Assembly (NCBI GenBank): GCA_964625685.1
Contig: CAZVBO010000003.1
Location: 64,298 to 128,297, forward strand
Length of the DNA stretch: 64,000 nt
From: an uncultured Pseudomonadales bacterium
GTDB taxonomy: Bacteria; Patescibacteriota; Microgenomatia; UBA1400; PJMF01
Reading direction: 5' to 3'
In this document: piece after piece, positions 48,120 to 56,334 of the stretch
How positions within the stretch are numbered: the first letter of the stretch is position 1
Layout of the letters: every line of letters starts with the position of its first letter
Translations under genes and position numbers: made by a program
The notes under the pieces: generated by a model
What the model was told of the DNA's origin: nothing
The model's input: only the letters and a program-made list of their open reading frames with translations
The model's database searches: none

Positions 48120-48484
48120 TTTTTCTGTAATTTCTCTATTAGCTTCTGGCGAGTATCTTCTGAGATATCATCCAAACCGTCCACAAAAGCAATCAAAGCT
48201 TCCTCACCAAACTGGCCAGTGAAGTTTCCCATTGTCTGATTAATCAGGGATGACAAAATGTTTTTTTGCTTGGCTGCCGGTTTATAGACATGAGTTTTGC
48301 CCTGCAATTTTCTTTTAAGCAACCCTTTGTCCACCAAGCGGGTCATGATGGTTTGCACGGTGTTGTAAGCGATCTCCCGATCCTGGCTAATACAATCCAC
48401 AATATCTCTGGCCGTACAGGTTTTCTTTTCCCAAATACAAGCCATCACTTCCTGCTCCAGCGGTCCCAAAGAAACTTTTTTCAT
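48116..48484 (-). CDS. BlaI/MecI/CopY-family repressor
   Basis: LGPLEQEVM..IW...AYNTVQTIMTRL.DKGLL. Confidence 0.92.
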   Translation of the reverse strand: MKKVSLGPLEQEVMACIWEKKTCTARDIVDCISQDREIAYNTVQTIMTRLVDKGLLKRKLQGKTHVYKPAAKQKNILSSLINQTMGNFTGQFGEEALIAFVDGLDDISEDTRQKLIEKLQKK

Positions 48485-48485
48485 A

Positions 48486-48499
48486 CCTACAAGTGTAGG
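48486..48499. promoter_or_regulatory. BlaI/CopY box (autoregulatory)
   Basis: CCTACAagTGTAGG 1 nt from the repressor ATG. Confidence 0.8.
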
Positions 48500-48639
48500 A
48501 CTAAATACACAATATTTCAACGAGAATTAAGTAAATACTTAGTTGCTTACATTAGTAAACATAAATCACCACAAAGTTTATTGAGATAAACATAAGACTC
48601 CCGCTAGGCTGGACATAGTTAATTCCAATTTGAATTTCT

Positions 48640-48894
48640 ATGTCACAGCCAAAACCTGCCACTTACCTTACCAGCGATCTTGCTCTCGCTACCACTATCT
48701 CCCTCAACTTTCCCATTGAAGATATTGATCGAACCAATCCGCGCAAAGCGGTTTTTGTGTTTCGCAGGTCTCCAGAACTAGAGGAGCTTGTTGATTCTTA
48801 CTTCTCCAATCAGCTTAAGGTCTCACCACAAGTCTTTTTCAACCAATTGCGCGATGTCAAAGCCAGATTATATGCGGAAAAACGACCATGGTAA
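48640..48894 (+). CDS. Small mobile-element protein (DUF5659-like)
   Basis: TSDLALAT...AVFVF...Y....L.V.P..FF..LR..K pattern. Confidence 0.6.
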   Translation: MSQPKPATYLTSDLALATTISLNFPIEDIDRTNPRKAVFVFRRSPELEELVDSYFSNQLKVSPQVFFNQLRDVKARLYAEKRPW

Positions 48895-49043
48895 GCCGAC
48901 AACTATTACTCGAGCTGAAGAAAATTATTGAAGAAGACTATGGAATCAAATTGACCTTGGCCGAAGTGATGGAAGTAGCCACTACATTGGTGGACTTTGC
49001 AGAAACGGCCATGAAGATTGAAGCCAAGCCCGATACCTCATAA
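48888..49043 (+). CDS. Small hypothetical protein (51 aa, below the track cutoff)
   Basis: MVSRQLLLELKKIIEEDYGIKLTLAEVMEVATTLVDFAETAMKIEAKPDTS; overlaps the upstream stop. Confidence 0.6.
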   Translation: MVSRQLLLELKKIIEEDYGIKLTLAEVMEVATTLVDFAETAMKIEAKPDTS

Positions 49044-49059
49044 AGAGCTTGGTTAATAA

Positions 49060-49557
49060 ATGAAAATGAAAATGTCAAAACAACCACCAACAGACAACCT
49101 GTACCTCCAAATCTGGAGAAATCCTATCTTCAAGGAACTTCTTTTAGCGCAGGTAACAGCCGATCAATGGCATACTTTCACTGCTTTGGCAGTCTTCATG
49201 AACAAAAAGGGTGAGTGTTATCCCTCTCAAAACAGACTCAAACAAATTCTTGGTTTAAATAGCGTGGCCAGTGTAAGCAGAAGAATTATTTCTTTGGAGA
49301 AAGCCCGTTTCAAAGGCGAGCCTCTGATTACAGTCTTTCGAGATAAAAAGATGAAACGTAAAGGTAAATTCCTCTTTGCCAGCAATGGCTACCAACTCAA
49401 CCAAAACATCATCACTATCTTCGCTCCGCATGACACCACCGTCGCACGGAGACAACAACAAATGGAAGATTTTCAAGCAAACAAGGCTAATCTCGTCAAT
49501 AGATTGCACATCAATGCGTCACGGAAAGACGATAAACAAACTAGAAGGAGTTTTTAA
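49060..49557 (+). CDS. Winged-HTH protein, phage replication-initiator N-terminus-like
   Basis: GECYPSQNRL...LG...SV...I..LE...NGYQL. Confidence 0.65.
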   Translation: MKMKMSKQPPTDNLYLQIWRNPIFKELLLAQVTADQWHTFTALAVFMNKKGECYPSQNRLKQILGLNSVASVSRRIISLEKARFKGEPLITVFRDKKMKRKGKFLFASNGYQLNQNIITIFAPHDTTVARRQQQMEDFQANKANLVNRLHINASRKDDKQTRRSF

Positions 49558-49635
49558 CAAAAAATTTAACGAAAACAGCGCCGTTTATGAAAGACAAATC
49601 AGTAGCAAAACCAACAGAAAAACTTATAAGGAAGA

Positions 49636-49889
49636 TTGGTCAATTCTTGGTCAAAAATTGGTCGACTTTTCAGGGTGGGCAGCATGTGGGCAAAATGAGG
49701 GCAGATTTAGAGGAGTTTAAGGCTAAACAGGGTGTACAAAAGGTGGACAGAAATAGGACAGAAAACCTGCACCAACTCTTCGTCAAAACTGCGCCAACTA
49801 AGGTTCACCGGTGCTTCACTGAAACTTCACCGGATTTTGGAAGCTTTAGCCTAAAAACCCTTCGGTATGGTGACGGTGAAATGTCGGTG
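49636..49889. repeat. Array of six different triple direct-repeat units with 11-bp period
   Basis: Units start at 49636, 49675, 49733, 49768, 49804 and 49861; each is three 7-8-mers at 11-bp spacing with AAA before the third copy. Confidence 0.85.
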
Positions 49890-50008
49890 GTTTTTGACCC
49901 TTCATTTGTCCTGTTTCCGCGTATAGCCCAGTATATGCGGAAAGTCCTGATTCAATTTGATATTCCCTCGAGTTACCTATATGTTGTTGTGTTGAAAAGA
50001 GTCTGCCT

Positions 50009-51595
50009 ATGAAAAGCGTTATATTCTGCCGAGTCTCCAGCAAAGAACAAGAAGAAACGGGCTACTCCCTCCCGGCGCAGGAGAAGTTCCTGCGAGAATA
50101 TGGCGACAAGCAAGGCTTGGAGGTTAAAAAGGTCTTTGCCATCTCTGAGTCTGCAGCAGGCAAAAGCCAACGCAAGGTCTTTGAGGAAATGATCGCCTAT
50201 GTCAGAAAACAAAATATTTGTGCCATCATTGTCGAAACCACGGACCGTTTAACCCGTAACTTCTCTGATGTGCCCACCATCGACCTCTGGATCACCGAGA
50301 GTGAAGAACACCAAATCCACTTGGCCAAAGAAGCCTGCATCTTGCACAACTCTTCCCGCTCACACGAATGGTTTATGTGGCGAGTCAAAGTTGCTACCGC
50401 TGAATATTATGTCCGCCTGCTTTCCGAGAACGTTAAGAAGGGACAAAAAGAAAAACTGGCTCAGGGCTGGCTGCCAACCAGACCACCACTAGGATATAAA
50501 ACCGTTGGCGAAACCGGTCACAAGATCCACATTGTTGATGAAGGTGCTTCTAAACTAGTGATCAAGATGTTTGAACTTTATGCCTCCGGCGATTATTCCA
50601 TCAAGAAACTGGCCAACACCATGTATCAAGAAGGCATGAGATCTCCTCAGGGCAACAGGCTGGCCATCAGCCGAACTCACTCCCTACTGCGCGATCCTTT
50701 CTATATGGGTAAGATTAGATGGAATGATGAAATTTACGAAGGCAAACAAGAGCCATTAATCAGTAAAGAATTATTTGATAAGGTTCAGAAGTTACTTAAA
50801 AGCAAAACCACTCCCACTTATATGAAACACAGCTACTTATTCAAAGGCTTAATTCGCTGCACTACCTGCAAAGGGCTGATTACCTGGGAACTACACCGAG
50901 GTCATCGCTACGGACACTGCAACCACTACAACAAATGCCCTCAGAAAACATGGGTTAAGGAGCCTGGGACCGAAGAACAACTCTTGAGAGGATTTGAGAA
51001 TCTAAGAATTAAGAACAAACGAGTCACCGAATGGCTCAAAAAAGCACTCAAGGAAAGCCATCAGGACGAAGTCCAGTATCACAACAGCACTGTGGGCGAA
51101 CTAGAAACCCGCTATGAGGCGGTTAGTAGACGAATGGACAAGTTATACGATGACAAACTTGATGAAAAAATCACTCAGGAGTTTTATAACCGTAAGTTTA
51201 AGCAGTACTCCAAAGAAAAAGACGAACTCACCGAAACCATTAAACGCCACTCCACCGCCAGCACAGGTTATCTTAACCTAGGCATTAATCTATACGAACT
51301 CTCGCAACGAGCCAAAGAAATCTACCTCACTGCCAAAAAGAAGGACATGCTGGACGAACAACGCGCCCTTATCAGACTGGTATTCAAAAAGCTCATCTTA
51401 GACGAAGGCAAACTCAGCTGGGAGTACTCCCGAGCCTTTAAGATCCTGTCTGAGGCAGTAAGTCAGACAAATTGTTCTAAAGTGGAAAATTTGGAGGGTT
51501 TGGAAAAAGAAACTTTCGAACATCACGAAAAGAGCGATGTTACGGGACAAAAAGACTCTTTGTCGCCCTCTCATCCCATCTGGCTCCCCGAGTAG
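50009..51595 (+). CDS. Large serine recombinase 2
   Basis: FCRVSSKEQ, DRLTRN, recombinase domain, CTTC...HC...C, coiled coil; last codons lie in the antisense of tRNA-Asn. Confidence 0.96.
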   Translation: MKSVIFCRVSSKEQEETGYSLPAQEKFLREYGDKQGLEVKKVFAISESAAGKSQRKVFEEMIAYVRKQNICAIIVETTDRLTRNFSDVPTIDLWITESEEHQIHLAKEACILHNSSRSHEWFMWRVKVATAEYYVRLLSENVKKGQKEKLAQGWLPTRPPLGYKTVGETGHKIHIVDEGASKLVIKMFELYASGDYSIKKLANTMYQEGMRSPQGNRLAISRTHSLLRDPFYMGKIRWNDEIYEGKQEPLISKELFDKVQKLLKSKTTPTYMKHSYLFKGLIRCTTCKGLITWELHRGHRYGHCNHYNKCPQKTWVKEPGTEEQLLRGFENLRIKNKRVTEWLKKALKESHQDEVQYHNSTVGELETRYEAVSRRMDKLYDDKLDEKITQEFYNRKFKQYSKEKDELTETIKRHSTASTGYLNLGINLYELSQRAKEIYLTAKKKDMLDEQRALIRLVFKKLILDEGKLSWEYSRAFKILSEAVSQTNCSKVENLEGLEKETFEHHEKSDVTGQKDSLSPSHPIWLPE

Positions 51596-51655
51596 GATTC
51601 GAACCTACAACCTTGAAGTTAACAGCTTCCTGCTCTGCCATTGAGCTATCGGGGA
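51581..51655 (-). tRNA. tRNA-Asn (GTT)
   Basis: TCCCCGATAGCTCAATGGCAGAGCAGGAAGCTGTTAACTTCAAGGTTGTAGGTTCGAATCCTACTCGGGGAGCCA; full cloverleaf with CCA. Confidence 0.97.
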
Positions 51656-51680
51656 TAGAACACTCATTCTATCGAATACT

Positions 51681-51730
51681 TTAACAGTTTCCTGCCCTGC
51701 CTCCTCCAGCTGGCGGAGAGCTATCGGGAA
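51681..51730 (-). pseudogene. Degenerate 5' half of tRNA-Asn with a palindrome in the D-loop
   Basis: TTCCCGATAGCTC-[TCCGCCAGCTGGAGGA]-GGCAGGGCAGGAAACTGTTAA. Confidence 0.8.
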
Positions 51731-51995
51731 ATTGTGCTAAATAATTTTTAAGGCAACTTTTAATAAATTCACGACCGCGATATGATTTTAGCTGTTTTTC
51801 TCTCTGTAAGCAGGATACTCTATCTCTACACATTTCATGATATATGAGTATCCACTTTCCATCATATCTACTTGTATATGAATTTTTAAAAGTATGATTG
51901 TTGTGTAATTTTAATCTATTTTCTAAATCCTGTGTTTGACCAATATATAGTTTTTTATGATTTAAATTATATATTGCGTATACACAATAATTCAT
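51681..51995 (-). CDS. Stand-alone GIY-YIG endonuclease
   Basis: VYAI...LYIGQT.DL.NRL..HN...YT...W.L...E...REKQLKS..GR. Confidence 0.92.
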   Translation of the reverse strand: MNYCVYAIYNLNHKKLYIGQTQDLENRLKLHNNHTFKNSYTSRYDGKWILIYHEMCRDRVSCLQREKQLKSYRGREFIKSCLKNYLAQFPDSSPPAGGGRAGNC

Positions 51996-52077
51996 ACACA
52001 TATCGCTTCAGCGACAACTTGAGATTATAACAACACTTGTGGCAAAAAACCAGTCTGAGCCAAAGAGAAAGAAGAGC

Positions 52078-53229
52078 TTAATCCAAGAAATCTTGCAGTT
52101 GTTTGCGGCGACTGGGATGGCGTAGTTTGCGCAAGGCTTTAGCTTCAATCTGACGAATTCGCTCTCGAGTAACCCCAAACTTTTGACCGACTTCTTCTAA
52201 AGTCATCGCTCTCCCACCATTCAAGCCGAAACGCATACTCAGCACTTTGGCTTCACGATCAGATAAAGCCCCCAAAACTTCCGTAATATTCTCGCGTAAC
52301 ATTTGCTGACTGGTCGCTTCATAAGGCGAAACCTGATTTTCGTCGGCAATAAAATCACCCAAGACACTATCTTCTTCATCTCCAATTGGAGTTTCCAGTG
52401 AGGTCGTATTTTGAGAAATTTTGAGAATTTCCCGGACTTTATCGGGATCCATGTCCTCCATGGCATCGGCAATTTCCTCAGGAGTAGGCTCTCGCCCTAA
52501 ATCCTGCATTAACTTACGAGAAGTCCGCATCAACTTGTTGATGGTTTCGACCATGTGAACCGGAATCCGAATAGTCCGAGCCTGGTCAGCAATAGCTCGA
52601 GTAATAGCTTGGCGAATCCACCACGTGGCGTAGGTAGAAAATTTGAAACCCTTGGTCCAATCGTACTTTTCCACCGCTCGGATCAAACCCTTATTGCCTT
52701 CTTGAATTAAATCAAGGAAAGTCATACCTCGCCCAATATATTTTTTGGCAATCGACACCACTAACCGTAAGTTAGAAGCAGTCAGCTTTTCTTTCGCCGC
52801 GGTGTCACCTGATTCAGCCAGTTGAGCCAACTTAATCTCTTGTTCTCGAGTTAACAGCGGAATGCGACCAATTTCCTTGAGGTACATTCTGACTGGATCA
52901 GACACCCCGGTGTAACTCAAACTATTGAGCACTTCCAGCTCCCGCTCCATTTGAGAGACGTCTTCCGTCTTGTCATCGACGGTTACCGACTCAAACACAT
53001 CAATATTGTTATCGACAATTTCGGAATAGAAATCATCCAGTAAGTTCAAGTAACTTTCTGGTTCCACAAACACTTCCAAGACATCGTCTTGAGTCACAAA
53101 TCCCTGTTGCTTGGCTTTTTTGAGTAAAGCATCGACCTCCCGTTGGAGGGCTTTCGGAATTTTGGCATCGGTTGGTTGAGTTGTTGAAATAATTGAAGTT
53201 GAAGCAGTTGATTGAGAGTCTTTGGCCAT
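52078..53229 (-). CDS. rpoD: Primary sigma factor
   Basis: [46 protein letters not shown]. Confidence 0.97.
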   Translation of the reverse strand: MAKDSQSTASTSIISTTQPTDAKIPKALQREVDALLKKAKQQGFVTQDDVLEVFVEPESYLNLLDDFYSEIVDNNIDVFESVTVDDKTEDVSQMERELEVLNSLSYTGVSDPVRMYLKEIGRIPLLTREQEIKLAQLAESGDTAAKEKLTASNLRLVVSIAKKYIGRGMTFLDLIQEGNKGLIRAVEKYDWTKGFKFSTYATWWIRQAITRAIADQARTIRIPVHMVETINKLMRTSRKLMQDLGREPTPEEIADAMEDMDPDKVREILKISQNTTSLETPIGDEEDSVLGDFIADENQVSPYEATSQQMLRENITEVLGALSDREAKVLSMRFGLNGGRAMTLEEVGQKFGVTRERIRQIEAKALRKLRHPSRRKQLQDFLD

Positions 53230-53328
53230 AGTTTTCCCCACTAAAATCACAAGATGAAGTCAAATTATACTGATATTTATGCCGTTGTCAACTTTGGAAA
53301 AGGATACTCGTCTAGTGACTATTTTATC

Positions 53329-53400
53329 GTCATCCTGAACTTGATTCAGGATCTAGGGCGTTTTCAACAAATCCTGGATCCTGATTTTCATCAGGATGAC
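53329..53400. repeat. REP-like inverted pair (GTCAT family)
   Basis: GTCATCCTGAACTTGATTCAGGATCT...GGATCCTGATTTTCATCAGGATGAC. Confidence 0.8.
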
Positions 53401-53418
53401 ATTATAAAAAAAGTCAAT

Positions 53419-54726
53419 TTAAACCCGTCCCCGTAGCAACATCGCATCCACTACACTCTTCACCGCCCCCATATACGTGGCCATCCGACCATTGACTTGA
53501 GAAATAGCTTTTTGTTGCCACATCTGGTCAAAGGCTTTTTCCATGAGTGGTTGCAGTTTATTGATCACTTCTTCATGTGACCAATAATATCCTTGTAAGT
53601 TCTGAACCCATTCAAAATAAGAAGTGGTCACTCCGCCGGCATTGGCTAAGACATCAGGAATCACTAAAATCTTCTTTTTATTCAAAATTTCATCCGCCTC
53701 AGGTGTAATGGGGCCATTGGCCATTTCGATAATGGCTTTAGCTTTAACCTTATCGGCATTCTCAGCCGTAATTACATTTTCCAAAGCCGCTGGCACTAAA
53801 ATATCGACATCAAGTTCCAAGACTTCTTCATTGGTTAAAGTCTTGCCCAAACTTAAATCGCAACTGTCCTGGTCACAGGCACATTGACTAATTGAGCCAG
53901 ATTGCTTTTTACATTCCAATGTTTTGGCTGGATTGAGCCCCGATTCCACATAGATGCCTCCTTTAGAATCAGAGACTGCCACCACCTTGTAGCCCAACCG
54001 ATCGGCGTGATAAGCAAACCAATAGCCCACATTCCCAAAACCTTGAATGGCAACTGTCACATCTTTTTTGCGCTCATAACCCAGTTCTTTAACGAGTTTC
54101 TCTAAAATAAAGACTCCACCCAAGCCCGTAGCTTCATCTCGACCTTGAGAGCCACCTAGCTCCAGTGGTTTTCCCGTAAAAGTCGCCAAAGGATTTTCCG
54201 TGACTTGACCTTGTTCTCGTTGAAACTGTTCATATTCATCCACCATCCAAGCCATGATTTGACCGGTGGTATTGACGTCGGGAGCAGGAATATCGGTCCA
54301 AGGGCCAACAGAGTCAGCAATTAAGCGCGCATAGGCGCGACTCAAACGCTGTAATTCACCCTCACTCAACTCTTTAGGATCAACTACGACCCCACCTTTT
54401 CCCCCACCATAGGGAATGCCGGTGACCGCACATTTCCAGGTCATCCAGGTAGACAAGGCTTTAACTTCATCTAAACTCACATTTTGGTGAAAGCGGATTC
54501 CCCCCTTGAATGGACCACGCGCATTATTGTGCTGAGAACGGTAGGCTTGAAATTCTTTGGTCGAGCCATCATCCATTTTCACTTTCAGCTTGCCTTCAAC
54601 TAAATTTTGTGGTTCTTTCAGTTGGTCAATGGCCGCATCAAATCGTTTTTTATCGTGATACTGCTCCCGTAACAGCTTGGCCACGGCTTCAAGTTGGTGA
54701 ATGGAATTGGTATGAGGATTATTCAT
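53419..54726 (-). CDS. gdhA: Glutamate dehydrogenase
   Basis: GPFKGGIRF, GGGKGG, DIPAPD, QGFGNVG, EMANGP. Confidence 0.95.
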   Translation of the reverse strand: MNNPHTNSIHQLEAVAKLLREQYHDKKRFDAAIDQLKEPQNLVEGKLKVKMDDGSTKEFQAYRSQHNNARGPFKGGIRFHQNVSLDEVKALSTWMTWKCAVTGIPYGGGKGGVVVDPKELSEGELQRLSRAYARLIADSVGPWTDIPAPDVNTTGQIMAWMVDEYEQFQREQGQVTENPLATFTGKPLELGGSQGRDEATGLGGVFILEKLVKELGYERKKDVTVAIQGFGNVGYWFAYHADRLGYKVVAVSDSKGGIYVESGLNPAKTLECKKQSGSISQCACDQDSCDLSLGKTLTNEEVLELDVDILVPAALENVITAENADKVKAKAIIEMANGPITPEADEILNKKKILVIPDVLANAGGVTTSYFEWVQNLQGYYWSHEEVINKLQPLMEKAFDQMWQQKAISQVNGRMATYMGAVKSVVDAMLLRGRV

Positions 54727-54740
54727 AGTCTCCTTTAATT

Positions 54741-54767
54741 GTCATCCCGCGTCAGACGCGGGATCCA
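54741..54767. repeat. REP-like palindrome (GTCAT family)
   Basis: GTCATCCCGCGTCAGACGCGGGATCCA. Confidence 0.75.
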
Positions 54768-54873
54768 TCTGCTACTATACACCCATAAATAAGTAAATTT
54801 CAAAAATACATTCCAAAGCTGTTTCATCGACGAGATTCTAAACTTGTTCAAAGTTGAAATATATTTTTCCTAA

Positions 54874-56067
54874 TTACGAGTCTATTGATACCTTTCTGAT
54901 TGCCTCAACAATCGCTGGTACCACCCGTTTATCAAATGGTTCCGGAATAATCGAGTCAACACTCGGCTGTGTAATTAGCGCAGCCAAGGCTTGAGCCGCC
55001 GCTTGTTTCATGTCATGAGTAATTTTGGGCAATCTCAAATCTACGACTGCTTTAAAAATCCCGGGGAAAGCCAACACATTATTAATCTGATTGGCGAAAT
55101 CACTCCGCCCAGTGGCAACTACCATCGCGCCTGCTTTTACAGCCACCTCCGGCATAATTTCTGGCACCGGGTTGGCCATGGCAAAGACAATTGCCTTATC
55201 CGCCATCTGCGAAATCATCTCAGGAGCTATCGTTTCCGGCCCAGACACACCAATCACCACGTCCGCGCCTGTCAAGGCATCAGCTAAAGATCCCGTTTGG
55301 TGAACTTTATTGGTCACACTCGCAATCGCTTGCTTGTAAACATTCAGATCCTGACGCTCGGGGTAGATGGCACCTTTACTATCCACTACAATCACATCTT
55401 TGACCGATCGTGCTCCATCCTGAATTCGACAGCCAAACTGGCTACACTCTAAACCGAGTAACATTTTAGTAATGGCTAAGCCAGCTGCACCGGCCCCTAC
55501 TACCACCACTTTTAATTCTTCAAAAGGTTTGTTGACTACTTTGGCGGCATTGGTTAATGCTGCAGTCACTACAATTGCCGTGCCATGCTGATCATCATGA
55601 AACACCGGAATCCCAATCTCCTGAAGTTCATCCTCAATTTGGAAACAACGGGGCGCCGAAATATCTTCTAAATTAATCCCGGCAAAAGTGGGAGCGACTT
55701 GTTTGACAAACTGAACAATATCACCGGGCTGTTGAGAATTAATAACCAGGGGAAAAGCATCAATTCCCGCAAACTCTTTCATCAACAGTGCTTTACCTTC
55801 CATCACCGGCATGGCTGCCTCGGGGCCAATGTTCCCTAAACCTAACACCGCACTGCCATCCGAAATCACCGCCACCGTTCGACCCCTCAACGTCAGCTCA
55901 AAAGATTTAGTCACATCTTTAGCAATTACCCGACTCACTTCAGCCACTCCAGGAGTATATACTTGAGATAACTCAGTCCGATTGGTGACACTCACCCGAG
56001 AGGCAACTCCAAGTTTCCCCTGATGTTGTTGATGGAGGTCGACTGATTGTTGATAGACGTTATCCAT
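54874..56067 (-). CDS. NAD(P)-dependent malic enzyme
   Basis: YTPGVA, DGSAVLGLG, MEGK, NLEDI, FHDDQHGT, GAGAAG, NNVLAFPG. Confidence 0.95.
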   Translation of the reverse strand: MDNVYQQSVDLHQQHQGKLGVASRVSVTNRTELSQVYTPGVAEVSRVIAKDVTKSFELTLRGRTVAVISDGSAVLGLGNIGPEAAMPVMEGKALLMKEFAGIDAFPLVINSQQPGDIVQFVKQVAPTFAGINLEDISAPRCFQIEDELQEIGIPVFHDDQHGTAIVVTAALTNAAKVVNKPFEELKVVVVGAGAAGLAITKMLLGLECSQFGCRIQDGARSVKDVIVVDSKGAIYPERQDLNVYKQAIASVTNKVHQTGSLADALTGADVVIGVSGPETIAPEMISQMADKAIVFAMANPVPEIMPEVAVKAGAMVVATGRSDFANQINNVLAFPGIFKAVVDLRLPKITHDMKQAAAQALAALITQPSVDSIIPEPFDKRVVPAIVEAIRKVSIDS

Positions 56068-56081
56068 AAAAAGCACACCTC

Positions 56082-56153
56082 GTCATTTCCTCGAAAGAGG
56101 GAATCTGGGACATTGGTTGAGCTCTTCCAGATCCCCGCATTCGCGAGGATGAC
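56082..56153. repeat. REP-like inverted pair (GTCAT family)
   Basis: GTCATTTCCTCGAAAGAGGGAATCTGG...CCAGATCCCCGCATTCGCGAGGATGAC. Confidence 0.75.
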
Positions 56154-56334
56154 AGACTATTTTTTAAAAAAAATTTTGGTTTCTGACTTCCCCGCCTGCA
56201 GCAGCTTTGCTGCAAGCAATGCGGGCAGGTGGCTTTAAACCTTTACCCCTCTATCCCTTTTAAACCTGAATACTTTCTTTCCGCCCAAGGCGGACCAGCC
56301 TCGGGCTGGCTTTCAACTTTCTGGCTTCTGGCTT

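Larger units (their letters stand above)
16672..51586. mobile_element. Integrative element 2 (~35 kb) at the tRNA-Asn 3' end
   Basis: LSR2 reads into tRNA-Asn; TGGCTC core at 16672-16677 and 51581-51586; defence and metal cargo in between. Confidence 0.75.

Noticed and set aside
49636-49889. CRISPR array
   Set aside because: No constant repeat separates the units and there are no cas genes.
49587-50012. 141-aa ORF as a real protein
   Set aside because: It spans the repeat array, whose 11-bp period is out of step with codons, and resembles no family. It does overlap the LSR start (ATGA), so translation is not excluded.
53254-56238. Short ORFs 53254-53436 and 56047-56238
   Set aside because: They are translations of REP-like repeats.
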